Positions 34,001 through 44,800 of a DNA stretch of 64,000 nt are shown here, piece after piece (positions within the stretch are counted from its first letter, which is position 1; each line of letters starts with the position of its first letter). The notes beneath the pieces were generated by a model that was given only the letters and a program-made list of their open reading frames with translations, had not been told where the DNA came from and searched no databases. A program made the position numbers and the translations under genes. This stretch comes from Trypanosoma brucei (Eukaryota), in assembly GCA_000002445.1 (NCBI GenBank), contig CP000067.1, forward strand, positions 992,001 to 1,056,000. Direction: 5' to 3'.

Positions 34001-34327
34001 CTGGAGAGATCGGGGTTTTGGTACTTCTGGTTTCGTGGACGTCGTTTCCGCTGCGGGAGGCCGACCTGCTGATGATTTCGATGGCTTTGCATTCTTCCGT
34101 GCATTTGCCTTATTAAGATAATCAATGGCACCGCGCGACTGCTGATTTTGCTTTTGCTGCTGCGGTGCAACCTGCGACAACCAAGTTAGAAGATTGCCTC
34201 CTTCACTTGAAGTCCATTTCCCCTCGCCACTGGTTGTTGTTGTTGTTGTCGTCACTGTGGTAGTACTCATTTCCTTGATTGCATTGCCTACCCCCCCCTT
34301 TGGTCCATCCCTGGTCTTCTTGCCCAT
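31046..34327 (-). CDS. DExH-box ATP-dependent RNA helicase, 1093 aa
   Basis: Helicase motifs: motif I TDTGSGKSTSVP, motif II DEFHER, motif III SAT (MSATL), and motif VI QRRGRIGR. The N-terminal 230 aa or so form a low-complexity Lys/Glu/Gln-rich extension. Confidence 0.85.
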   Translation of the reverse strand: MGKKTRDGPKGGVGNAIKEMSTTTVTTTTTTTSGEGKWTSSEGGNLLTWLSQVAPQQQKQNQQSRGAIDYLNKANARKNAKPSKSSAGRPPAAETTSTKPEVPKPRSLQQPQQQKDQDNAGTNAVEKLAALFPEKQVKEAPAPNAKVGNPIAARVAAEGPKRNEKERRNETVRAQRHRGEREVKKERLQRRLEMMKEAQKFHEEALRTDPEYQKRFQTFQELQAAQQVAHSTFLDRYAKQGSLNINTIVSERIDIPVILNLIDQHDVVFICTDTGSGKSTSVPKALLELSNDTRVVSTQPRRTATVSIATRVAELRREAVGEDVGYWIRGDKCGDVQTRLWYMTSYTLLLHLLNTPLRPPFTHIVLDEFHERQPDIEVTVALLRLCLLRRTAQFKLILMSATLDTEGWEAYFAGLKVATYKQSEPKHLIHDYFMEDVCTLVGTMYDEPPNIVQRGVEYPLMEKHTAIAQALLLYLNTCTDPQHAILVFLPGRGQVEQMHMWLELNLRKPVDIIPWHSAVDLSVIQEAIKRRGHNRQKIYLATDIAEVSITLPDVVFVIDMVLVKRPKVNKENPATVLHPPLMTQWVSKGNIAQRRGRIGRVQQGFYFCLLSAEAVAALPEHMHPPIENSRIDELSLHCLQLVSNPVAIFSICHGQPLLETIATAMDTLCNLGCILHRKDPLAVGECISEIHTNSEWSPLVLEEAKNVVFADIDEYEYTFVGRLLQLIPVSPLPGMLVLYGFFTGLESLTILAAAVTSSLSPFAPNQPEKKRRWRHDVAGAMEETENSMREMCCGMRSDILAVMKAVLLFRVQFAKSGEDVTAAKMWCAQHHLSYDKLRSILDLEQHIKYELANFIPVRDVPDATVLLNQLEKAAAVMLVMTNVAFVSQALEVVSEGNTYQKTKETAVGIFMDVVAVPDIHSPSCLRWQEGEIIVPVQLSLMGNKMLASFSTAISSHKQFWLSLLLLTHKVMYAVFADDEGEFYVFSVKYYSTERYLETDAATGSAILQFRQMLSSVGQALRLLRDYQHLYDDEFADVLNDHGLKPLRDMQCEVVTAMAAFFNNTENITVDEVEHEEDDLDEVSMISLALPKRG

Positions 34328-35106
34328 ATTAGCTCCCCACTCAAAGGTGCTGCTTTCTTCTTATTCCAACACAAATGCCCTACAACGGTCCTTAAACACA
34401 CACTCTTCTTTTCTTCCTTCCAGAAGACCGCGGCTTCTACCCTCCCTTTTGGTGCGTGATTATTTCCCCTTTACGCTTGTCCGTTTGCACCTGCGCACAG
34501 AAGTCGGCTTTTGTCTAACGGCCGACTGGGTTATGGTTATTTAGAGGCCGTGGTCGCCACTTTCTCCCAAGAGATACAAACTAATCTCACAGATCAGTTG
34601 TAACGGTGATGCAAAGAATGCTTATATGTATACTTCTTATCTTACTTGTATGCCCTTCCTTTTCGTTTTAGTATTAACTTTTCCTCCCCGACAGTCACGT
34701 ACAAAGACGGCGACACGAGTGACAACGCAACAGATAGCGAAAGGAAAGGAGGCTCGCGCAACAAAGAAGAGTGGCTGTCGGGTGAAACGGTTTAAACGAC
34801 ACATACTTTACCATGCGTACGTTCCGTGCAAGATAGCCACCGAAACGGAGAGCGCAAAAGACACCCGTTACAGCAGACACAACGATTTGCGGGTTTCGTG
34901 GTGAGTGTCAACACAGTGAGTGCAACTTACGGCTTCCAAACGTGCTACACAGCAGGCAGAAAATGAATTTGCACACTGAATGCACGAGAGGAAGCCGTCG
35001 GCAATTATGGGGAGCGGAAGCGTGGCGACCCCGCGGAAATGGTCGCTTCTACCCGTTGTGACTTTCTCTCGACAGAGCGTCTCGCCTAAGCCCTTTTTGC
35101 ATGCCG

Positions 35107-36309
35107 TTATTTGGGCTTTTCACGTGATATTCTTTCGCGAACCCTCACAGTTCGGTTCTGCGGTGATCGAAAGACGTCTAACATGTCGTGAGTTACCCTC
35201 ACAAAGCTACCGGTCTCGCCACAGTCCACCTCGTGGGATATGTAATCCTCCAAGGCCGGAAACGGAAGTCGTACAATTTTTAACTCTGTGTTATAGCTCC
35301 TGCTGCAGAAGTGGTAGCGATAGTGTGATGTCTTCGCGCTAGCGTTCTTTAGGACCAAACCACAATGAGCGCAACGGTATCGCCCCGCTTCGGTGCGTGA
35401 GCTCGGGAAAATCGCCGAGACAAAGCTTGCCATTGTAAGCCGGACGGCGTCCACAGCATTCGTTCGTTCCCCACTTTTACCTTCTGATGGCAGCGGCACC
35501 GACAACTGCTGTTGCTGCTTTTGCTCCGCAGTATTGTATAGGAACGCCCGTAGCCCAGAACTGATAGCCCTTATCTGCCTCTCCCTTCTGCTGGAAACTG
35601 CGACTTGACCGTCATTGCTACGGCGGCTGGAATCGGCAATAGCTTCGCGCACCGTTTTGAGCTTGTGGCGCACGTACTCCTCTATGCGGCGCTGAGTATC
35701 AGGGCGGAGCAAGCCTGTCACTGTCCACGACCGTAGCAAGTCGAGAAAAAGCAGCCTGTGGTCTTCAACAGCTTCCTCGGCGTAGTGGTTATGGACTGGT
35801 TCCCACAGGGGCATATGATCCGCCACCAGCCGCGGCAGTTCCTTTTCCACCAACTCCTTCACACTCTTGGACACCTCGCTCATGTGGCGAAGGAAGGCAT
35901 CAACTAGACAGAACGCAATGTAAATATCTTGTATAAGCGCGTGGCAGTCGTACATCCTCTCCCTCTCGGCAGCGCTATCTTCGCCTTGCTTTGACTCCCG
36001 CCCGCCCTGCCGTTGTTGCGCATTGTATGTCAGGGTTTCATTCAGTTTCGCATAGCGCTGTGTGCAGGCGTGCAGATGACTCTGTGCGCATAGCCACGCA
36101 TCGGCCGCCCACGCAGCGCAGTCTCTCACACTCCACATTAGACCGTCAATTAGGTACTGTGTGTTCGGTAGCGGCAGCGGCACTGACACCTGTGGCCGTA
36201 CCCGTGCGGCGGCAGCGAATGGTATTGTCCGTAGTCGTGTGTTGATAAACTGCTGAAGCCCAACAAGCCATTCATCCTTTCCTGCCGAGGAGTTACTCGC
36301 CATTACCAA
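35107..36309 (-). CDS. Hypothetical protein with one C2H2 zinc finger, 400 aa
   Basis: Finger motif YRCAHCGLVLKNASAKTSHYRYHF (C-x2-C-x12-H-x3-H). The ORF is long and in the polycistron orientation. Confidence 0.55.
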   Translation of the reverse strand: MVMASNSSAGKDEWLVGLQQFINTRLRTIPFAAAARVRPQVSVPLPLPNTQYLIDGLMWSVRDCAAWAADAWLCAQSHLHACTQRYAKLNETLTYNAQQRQGGRESKQGEDSAAERERMYDCHALIQDIYIAFCLVDAFLRHMSEVSKSVKELVEKELPRLVADHMPLWEPVHNHYAEEAVEDHRLLFLDLLRSWTVTGLLRPDTQRRIEEYVRHKLKTVREAIADSSRRSNDGQVAVSSRRERQIRAISSGLRAFLYNTAEQKQQQQLSVPLPSEGKSGERTNAVDAVRLTMASFVSAIFPSSRTEAGRYRCAHCGLVLKNASAKTSHYRYHFCSRSYNTELKIVRLPFPALEDYISHEVDCGETGSFVRVTHDMLDVFRSPQNRTVRVRERISREKPK

Positions 36310-36780
36310 CTAGTCAATAGTAAAGAAGTTGTTGAAGAGTAGAGGCATGCGTTATATTGGCGACTGGGAGGAGGTTAATGAACGAACAAGTGTGAGTTCT
36401 GTTGATAACCGTTTTGACCGACACGAAAAATAAGGGAGACAGTCTGTGTGCCTGCCTGCTCCCTCCGGTGTAGAGGGCCAAACCAAACAAACAGAACATC
36501 TAACAAAACAGTGAGAGGAGTGATAGAGGAGGAGGAGTTGAGAGAGAAGTGCCCATAGTTTAATGCGGTAACTCCGATACCGATTGTGATTGAAGCCACC
36601 GTTGGCACCAACACAATGAAACTACATTCATTTTCGGTTTCATTTAACCAAACGCACGCTTACCTTTCCCTTTTCCCCCGCTTTCGCACAAATGAGTGAC
36701 ACAACACTCATTAACTTAGCCTCCTCTCGCAAATAGAAAAAAGTATCTGTCCATTTGGCAGAGGAATATGACGGGAACAT

Positions 36781-36792
36781 GGGGGGGGGGGG
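36781..36792. repeat. Homopolymer G12 run; a second G10 run lies at 36988-36997
   Basis: Read directly from the sequence. Both runs sit in the 36.3-38.0 kb intergenic region. Confidence 0.8.
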
Positions 36793-37854
36793 AAGCAAAG
36801 AATATATGTGTTTGTCGTTAAACGGAGGAACCTGAGGGGCCGGAGAAACACACAAAAAATTAGAGGGAGAAGGGTGGTGAAAACAAAAGAAAACAACCCA
36901 CCTTCCCCCTCCCTCCTGACGCAAAGGCAAAGGAATAATGATCAACAACAATACTAATAAAAGCAGCGTCACAACGCTACTTCGTATGGGGGGGGGGTAA
37001 AGGAGCTTTCCCGCTCAGCGCCATCCCCCCTTTTTTGATAGTTTCCCGCTAAATGCGATATAATTTCAGAGCTGAATTTTCTTGTAAGTAGGCAGCGGCA
37101 AGGGAGGTAAGAGGCAAACAGTCGCAACACACAGACACGCGCACACACGAAAAAGGAAAGAGTGTATGCACATACAAAGATAAGCGGAGAGAAGGTGGTA
37201 AAAATGCGTATCTTGCCCTTGTCAGCACAAGTAAATGTAGTGCTGGTAAAATGCAAATCACCACTGTTGAGTGAAGTATTTGCATAGCAACCGAAGAAAG
37301 CTCAAGAATTGCACAAGTGACGGCCTACCACTTCGCACAAGAAAATTAATTTTTTTCTTCCCTTTTCACCTACCATTTTCTTTTTTGCCAATCGATGCGA
37401 CTTCCTTCACTGTGGCGCTCATATTTTCAAAACGAACAAACGACAACAACAGATCATCTCACGTCTCTTTCTATTTCCTCCGGCGATGCCACTGAGCTCA
37501 AAGAGCAAAACATGCTGGATATGTGGATTGCCGGTTACAAAGGAGAAAACCGCAGTAATTCCCTCCTTCTCTACCGAAAGCACGATTTCCACATGCTTTT
37601 TCCAGCTGGCATGCCAGGGGTATCAATGGTTCTATGAAAAACTAACGGAAAACAACAACAAAACAACGTTCACGAGTAATTCATACCCCATGCTCCCCTT
37701 CCACTTTTTCTTTATTTTACTGGAGAGCGATGTGGGGCGGGGGCATCAATACTTGATGTTAAAAACAATATGATGAAATACATGTTGTCCCCCCGTGAGA
37801 GACAACAGGAGGATGGGGAACCACAATAGTTAAAAATACAGCGCAAAGACTAAA

Positions 37855-37876
37855 AACAACAACAACAACAACAACT
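37855..37876. repeat. Microsatellite (CAA)n
   Basis: aacaacaacaacaacaacaac. Confidence 0.85.
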
Positions 37877-38059
37877 TCCATTCAGGCAACTGCAGTATCA
37901 ATCATGGGGATATCAGCGTGGTTCTTTTTCACGTTGTTGAGGACCAGCATCGAAATGTTCTATAGATACGTGTATAAGGTGTTCACTTTTGCCAAGGCAA
38001 ACCATCTCTCTTCCATCATTCTGCAATCCTCTGATCAGTCTACGTCGGCTTTCTCGTAC

Positions 38060-40423
38060 TTAATTCGGTTGCTGCTGCACCGGTCGAATTGCTTGCCCCT
38101 TACAGTGGGGACAATCGGCCATACGCTTCTCTAATTCCGTATTTGCCCTCATTAACAGCGCCTTCTCACGGCGGAGCCTGAGAAATGTCTTGTCGCGTTT
38201 CAGCAAAACATCTTTGATGGCCTTCGTCAACTCAGCCTTGATCTCTTCCACAACACGGTCCTCTAGTTCTTTCATCAACTCATGGTTAAAGGAAAAGCTG
38301 CAGCTTTCATCTTGCAGACTGTAGTCGTTCTTGGGGGACGGCTGTTCACGTGCTTCATTCAATTTCGTCTGCGGGAGGATATTCATCACCTTTTCTCGTG
38401 TGAGTCGTCGAACGTACTCAGCGACTTGTTCATCGTCGGCCCTTGAGTCGACGTTGTTCCCCTGCGCACCGCCACGGAAGGGACTGCCAGCGTTGTTTCG
38501 CAAGTTGAAGGGCGTATTGTTGGACGAGACATTGCGTCTAGTAGTAACAGGAACCATAGAATTGTATCCTTTGGCATGGCTAGCGGCTGGAGGAGCTGCA
38601 GCTCCCGCGGCAGCATGCGAGGTAACGTTTGATGATGCTGTTCTCCTTCGACCTGGTGTTGTTCTTGACGGCACACCGCTCATCAAAGGGACACCCTGCG
38701 CAGGATTAACGTCTGGGACAATTGGTTTCAGTGGCCGTGGTGCATTGCGGGCGCGGCTCGGCTCAAAATTGACAATGCTCAAACCTTTCACGCGAAAGGC
38801 ATATCGCAGTGTGTTGAGGGTGTGCTCGTAGTTTTGTGACGATGCCGATATGTTAGCAATCATAACAGTACGACTATTTCCAATGAAGCTGTCCCGTAGA
38901 ATCTCCGTCAACTTCGACCCACGGAAGGGAACATGCTTCTTCTTTTCGTCTAGCGCACGGATACACTCCTTGAGGGCGAGTAATGATTTATTAATTTCCG
39001 CACCTTCCTGCCGTGTCTGACGATCATTAGTGGCGGTATCGGCCGCGCGTTCGCTACCTGCTAGATCCACAAGGTTCAGCGTGCCACAGAACCTGTTGTC
39101 CTCGCGATCCCTAACCTGAATGGTGAGCACTGCGTGGGAACGGCTGGAACGTTCATTAGCAGTTGTGCTTCCAGTACTCCGCTGGTCAGCTCCACTGTTG
39201 ATCAGCAGCTGAAGCTCCTCAGCCGACGTAACGGCATGCCACGTAAGGCCGGTTATCTGCATGCGACGGTTATGATCCTCACGGACCACGACGGGCGAGC
39301 GATTGTTGAGCAAGTCAAACAGCGAGTTACAGTAAATTTCATAGAGCGAGGCATACACCTCCTGATCCTTCTCTAATGAACTGAAAATGGCGGCGGCGGC
39401 TAATATATAAAGGCCACGCTCTCCGCTGTTACCAAGCATTGTATGCGTTTTGCCACTTCCTGTTTGGCCATATGCGAAACATGAGGCACTACCACCTTGC
39501 AATGTTGTCTCTAGGAGTTCCTTACAACACGAATTGAACACATGTTCATTGTGTTTATCCTCACCGAAAGCGTCATCAAAGGTAAAGTCATTCACATCCG
39601 CATACTCCGTAAGGTCCACACGCTGCTTCCGCACCGCAACCTTCACATTAGGTGGGTCCATAGAAACACAATCACAACTGTTTTCATCCGGGGGCAACGG
39701 CCGCTTACGCACAACGACGCGTATGCGGCCGCCGCGTGTTCGCATTATCGCACATTGCTTGCCGTCCGCCTGCGGGTCTTCGGTAACAGCTGCTGGGGTG
39801 ACGGAATCCATGTTTGCTGCAATTGATGGAGAAGAAGGAGATGCAATGGGCCGTTCCGAGGCTCGTCCGGGAAAAACGCGAGAAGAGCACGGTGTTTCTT
39901 GTTTGCTTTGATACGGGCGCGTGACTGATGTGGCGCAGCGCGATCGTGGGGGACTGGGTGACACTGTGGGAAGTGCGTCTTGGCGGCGCTGCGATGACTC
40001 TCGCCCTGTTCTTGATGGCGTCGAAGCGCCTCGCGCCGACAAGGCACTGTTGAGGTGCGGAAGCCGCTGCTTGAGCAACTGAAGTTGCTTTTCGGGAAGA
40101 AGATGTTGTGGCCTCAGGGGTGTCTTGTTGATATTCGGCATGGAGTCGGACCTGCAACGGGCGTTGAGCTGTTGGATATCACGCGACAAATCCTCGAGCT
40201 GCCGGTTGAGATTCAACAAGGACGGGGCGTTGCTCCCTTCACCGCAGCGATGGCGCGAAGACAACTGAGGCGGAAAGGCGTCAGATGACGCCACCCGTCG
40301 CTCAAGAATTGGCGACGGAGCATTGGGAGGTTGTATCGCTTCATTGTCATTGTCTTGCCTCAATGAATCTAGCGTCTCGAATGAAGGGCTAGGTGGCAAT
40401 TCCTCATGCTGTTCGTCCTGCAT
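38060..40423 (-). CDS. Kinesin-13 family motor protein with a central motor domain, 787 aa
   Basis: P-loop GQTGSGKTHTM, switch II DLAGSE, and SSRSH. The motor is internal, at about aa 215-560. The kinesin-13 signature includes RIRVVVRKRPL and the loop-2 KVD element (RKQRVDLTEY). Confidence 0.87.
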   Translation of the reverse strand: MQDEQHEELPPSPSFETLDSLRQDNDNEAIQPPNAPSPILERRVASSDAFPPQLSSRHRCGEGSNAPSLLNLNRQLEDLSRDIQQLNARCRSDSMPNINKTPLRPQHLLPEKQLQLLKQRLPHLNSALSARGASTPSRTGRESSQRRQDALPTVSPSPPRSRCATSVTRPYQSKQETPCSSRVFPGRASERPIASPSSPSIAANMDSVTPAAVTEDPQADGKQCAIMRTRGGRIRVVVRKRPLPPDENSCDCVSMDPPNVKVAVRKQRVDLTEYADVNDFTFDDAFGEDKHNEHVFNSCCKELLETTLQGGSASCFAYGQTGSGKTHTMLGNSGERGLYILAAAAIFSSLEKDQEVYASLYEIYCNSLFDLLNNRSPVVVREDHNRRMQITGLTWHAVTSAEELQLLINSGADQRSTGSTTANERSSRSHAVLTIQVRDREDNRFCGTLNLVDLAGSERAADTATNDRQTRQEGAEINKSLLALKECIRALDEKKKHVPFRGSKLTEILRDSFIGNSRTVMIANISASSQNYEHTLNTLRYAFRVKGLSIVNFEPSRARNAPRPLKPIVPDVNPAQGVPLMSGVPSRTTPGRRRTASSNVTSHAAAGAAAPPAASHAKGYNSMVPVTTRRNVSSNNTPFNLRNNAGSPFRGGAQGNNVDSRADDEQVAEYVRRLTREKVMNILPQTKLNEAREQPSPKNDYSLQDESCSFSFNHELMKELEDRVVEEIKAELTKAIKDVLLKRDKTFLRLRREKALLMRANTELEKRMADCPHCKGQAIRPVQQQPN

Positions 40424-40614
40424 GGGTGCTTGAAAGTTCGGAGTTCGTATGCGAAAAATTTCCGGCTCAGTAGCTCAACGCTTGGTATATATATATTTCC
40501 TAGTTTTATTTTTTTGCCTTAATCTTCTCCAAATTCCTTTCGTAACAACAAAGTATGGTGCGTTGTGTTATCTTCGACTACTATTCAGTGAGCGGCGGAG
40601 GCAACAGATACCAG

Positions 40615-40655
40615 CCGTAAGACACAATTAAAAAAAGAATGGGAGAGGAGGGGTT
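40615..40655 (-). promoter_or_regulatory. Polypyrimidine tract on the minus strand about 200 nt upstream of the kinesin-13 start
   Basis: Plus strand aaaaaaagaatgggagaggaggggttc corresponds to minus-strand gaacccctcctctcccattcttttttt. Confidence 0.3.
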
Positions 40656-41814
40656 CATTTGTACCGTAGGGGAACAAAATGATGCGATAAATAAGAGACG
40701 CGTTAATGAGTCATTTGAGGTGTGTGTTTGTGTCTGTGTGCGTGTGTACATCGTAGAGCGTAAGAGTGAGGAGGAATTCGAACACGGACAGCCTATCCGA
40801 CCACCTACTGTTATATAATTCCCTTTTCTCCCTTTGCTGGCGTCCCTTTGGCACACCTAAGTAGGACATTACCCCGTTATCTCCTTTTCTCCGTTTCAAA
40901 AGTACGCAGAACTGCTTGAGACAAATGCGGTTGAGTGAATTACGAGTCGTAGAAAAAAGAGGTACTGACTCCACAATTCTGCAACACCACTGCTGGAAAA
41001 CTGAAGAGAGAAATGAATTTAACTAAAGGAGTGGGATTGGAAGCGTCCAAAACAAAGGAAACGCCGAAAGCATTTGTACATCGAGACATCACTGCAACGG
41101 TTCGACAAACGTCTTTTGATTTCCTTCCGCCACTTCACTTCCTCGTCTGCAAATAGCTAAGAGAAGGAACACTAACGGTATGAGCAGAGACAAGAGGGAA
41201 AACGGTGTTTTTTTTACTTTTTTTTAATGAATAAAAATAGAGACATTCGAAAGTTGTAGCACACGTAATCAATATTATGTATACGAAAGGTTCCACCCTT
41301 TCTTACCAATCAGAAATTGTCTTGTCGAGCGTGCGGTTGCGTGTCAATGCCTTCAGGCGAACAATAATAACAAATAACCCACGAAAAAAAAGAGTGATGA
41401 CGATAATCTTTTTATTTATTCTTGTTACTCCCGTTTACCTCCTCACATGAAATCTATACGCCAAATAGAGAAACAAATAAAATAAAATCGCAACGCCCGA
41501 TAAACAATATACAACGCTCCTTCAACTCCATCTCATCATTTCGGAATGCTTTTGCAATACACATCTATCATTGCCAACGGCACCGTAATTATTGTCAATT
41601 CATGTAGACCTGGACCACCCCAACACAAGTGCGATTGAAGGGTTTTTAAAGAAATGTGAAGGCGGTAAAATAACGAAAAAAAAATAAGTAGAGACGGATA
41701 AAAACAAAAAAAAATCGAAACGAACGCGCAGGTAATCGAACAAAGAAATGACCCCCCCAAAAAATAAACAAACCACGTCTCGTACGACCGATGATCCATA
41801 TGTGTGTCTTGCTG

Positions 41815-44800
41815 CTACATCTCATGAACCGATTCCTCCACTTGCTGGCCGACATGCCGCCTTCCCGTTGTGTCACACACACGGACTAGCTCAGAAGAGA
41901 TGTAATTCATGCTTCCACAAGTGTTTGAACCGGCACTGCACTGGATTCGTTGATATGTTGTAGGATCATACCTTGTAACGGCGTTCAACACATCCAATTC
42001 TGACACAACTGCTAGAACGTACTTGTGATATTCACCCTCTGTATAATTGGTGTAGTGAAGCGCATCCATAAGACCTGGAGAGCCGAAAGTGATCGTTTGC
42101 GTGTGAGATTCGACCCCGGCCAGTGAGGCGATGCCGCCCGCGATGCCCCATGCGGTGAGTACAATTTCATTGGAAGTTGTATTCTTCATCTCTGTCAGGT
42201 AACGTACGACCTCATCTTTGACATCATACCACGTAAAGTCAATAGCCCTCGTCAAAAATGAAAGAAGGAACGCCACCTGCTTCAACCAGTTGTTTGGAAG
42301 AAGGATTTGAAGTGGTGCAAGGGCAATGTAACCGATCCACACGGTCATTGTAATGATCGATGAGTAAACACGCCCGTTCTGCAGGGTTAACACAGTAACA
42401 TTCCTTGCTAAAGAGTCAAATCGGGATATGGACCATTGTTCATTTCTCTCGCCATATACTTTGACCGTGTTGTTGTACACCACGTCTGTACTTCCGAACC
42501 AGTTGTCAAAATCTTCATGGAACACATTTTCCTTTGACGCTCCGGAAACCTCAGTAAGCAGAGCGAAATCAACGATACCAAACCCCCCTGCGGTGCGCAA
42601 AGTGCAGATGGGATATTGATGGTATTCTTCTAATGGGTCACGGGGTCCGGAGGCATTAACGGGAGGTAGGCTATGTGGCACCCAATACTGCCATTTAGCA
42701 CCCAACCAACCCAGCAAAACGCACGAGAGGGCAAGCATAGCGAGTGCACCATAGAAAATGAAGGTTCCACCGATATTGCGCGACCGGCGGCGAACGCAGA
42801 AAATGCCCATCCCACTGTGTATTAGAAGCACTAAGGAAATGACACCCACCGTCGATCCAACGAGGAAGAAGCTGGCGGTACAGCTGGTTATGAGGAGGAT
42901 GACGAACAGAAAGAGCAAACCGCGCAGCGTTTTCTTTGCGCTTCTTTTCCTCAAACAAAACACAGCTAAGCTTATGAACACCACGTTTACCGCTGCTACC
43001 GTGCATACTGAGACAATCCATGGGCCATCATACTGCAGGAATCTGAAGGAGAAGCAGAGGTACAGCCACAACATACACGCAAAAGCCACCGTACTGCGAA
43101 GCACTGAACGACTCGACATCGAGGAGCGCCCCAGTGAACAGTAGTCTATCGTCAGGATGGCTGCGACGGTAGCGATGCATGTAGCCACTGCAAATGGGAT
43201 CATTCCACTAATGATAAATGCAATACCCAGTAGAAAATCCAGTGTGATTGGCACGGCGCAAGCAATTGTGGTAGAAAGCCTGCGCGTGAGAACGGCCTCC
43301 GTCTTTTCCTCACTCTCTTGCACGTCCAACAGCAGGTACAGGGCTAACATGGAACCCTGATTTTTCTTCCGCCTTTGCTCGCCCATCGGTATCCAATCAA
43401 AAAAAAGCACAATATGGCACAACGCTAGAAATGCCACAGCAAACAGCCACCCAGTAGCAAACGTCACCTGAATACTTCTCAACAAGGAGCTGTGCGTCAT
43501 GGAGTATCCGAAGGAAAACATCTGTAGAAATATCATCGAACAAAATAATATGAGCTGCGCCACACTGCCGCGTGTTTTCCCCAACATGTCCAGTGGTGGG
43601 ACGACTTTGTGTTTCATGATCACCACAAGAACGGTAACTGCACGTGAGCACAACGCAGTGCCTTGGAACGTCACCAAAATCAGTGTTGCGAATAATGCAT
43701 ACACATAGTTCCATTCAATGAAGAACGCTAAGAACACCGTCACGGCTGCACTGGAAGTTAGTGCCATGAAGAAAAGGAGCGCCACTAAGAAGGAGAGGCT
43801 ACTGGCGACATTAACAACGATGAGTACACCGTGATAGAGTTCCCGAAGGGACTCTGGGATGAATCGGTACCACTTTTTGTTCGAAAGGTCAAGCATCGGT
43901 AGTTCATCGAACTCGCGTTTCCACGCTGCCGCATAATCGTCCATCAGAGCACAGCGCATTTCACCCTCCTCCGCCGACACGGCAACGCGCCAGCGATACA
44001 ATTCCTCGAGGAAAAACAATGACAAATTGTTAGGTAGCGGTTTCATGAGCAAACACCATTCATTTTCCTCTTCTTCCAGAGGAGGTGAAATATCATTATC
44101 ATGTCTCCACATGCCATTGAGGTTCCCTTCTACTGGAGTGGCTGTTAAACTTGAGCCAAATGTCAGCAGCGATACCATCGACTCCGTTTCCGAGGCTAAG
44201 GACGGGTGACGTACCGGAACGTTGGGCTGCTCAATGCATTGCAGCTCCCACTCCTTCACCGTCAACCCACGCTCTGAGATAGCAGCCTTCATTCCATGGT
44301 AGTAATCTTCAATAATGTCCCCGTGACGGTCCCAATGCTCCTGGTTATCACAATCATTCGTGCCACCGAGTTGTACAGGGAGAACACTTTCATCAATAAA
44401 CTCCAAAAGCCTACCGGATGCTCGATCGCTTTTGGAGAAAAACATAATACTATCAGAGAAAGCTGATGGGAGCTGCGAGAACAAAGGCTTCGCCACAGAA
44501 CAAAGCATTCGGCCCATGTTGCAGATATATACTTTGCTAATACATCCAGGGAAAAATTTTGATATGCGCAACGCCACATCTGCCTGTAACGACATATCCA
44601 CGTTGCTCCACATGCTTGCATCCTCGTAGTTTACGAGCAGCACCATTTGGCACCGTTTGTTATCCGCTCGCAGTCGTGTCCCGTAACTCACCATCAGATC
44701 AAACGTATGTTTCTTCCCATCACGATGACTCGCCGCTTTCTTGTCCCGGTTCACTGTAACGTAAAAGATGGTGCGACCACACTTGTCTTCTCCAATCACC

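Noticed and set aside
33634-34121. Three overlapping plus-strand ORFs of 138-160 aa opposite the helicase N-terminus
   Set aside because: They are low-complexity Arg/Ser/Leu-rich antisense translations of the Lys/Glu-rich helicase N-terminal region. All confident genes are on the minus strand.
34350-34700. Pyrimidine-rich plus-strand tracts upstream of 34980, which might signal a plus-strand gene
   Set aside because: No convincing plus-strand ORF follows; the candidate at 34980-35342 is 120 aa with atypical composition. These tracts are more likely UTR sequence of the minus-strand unit.
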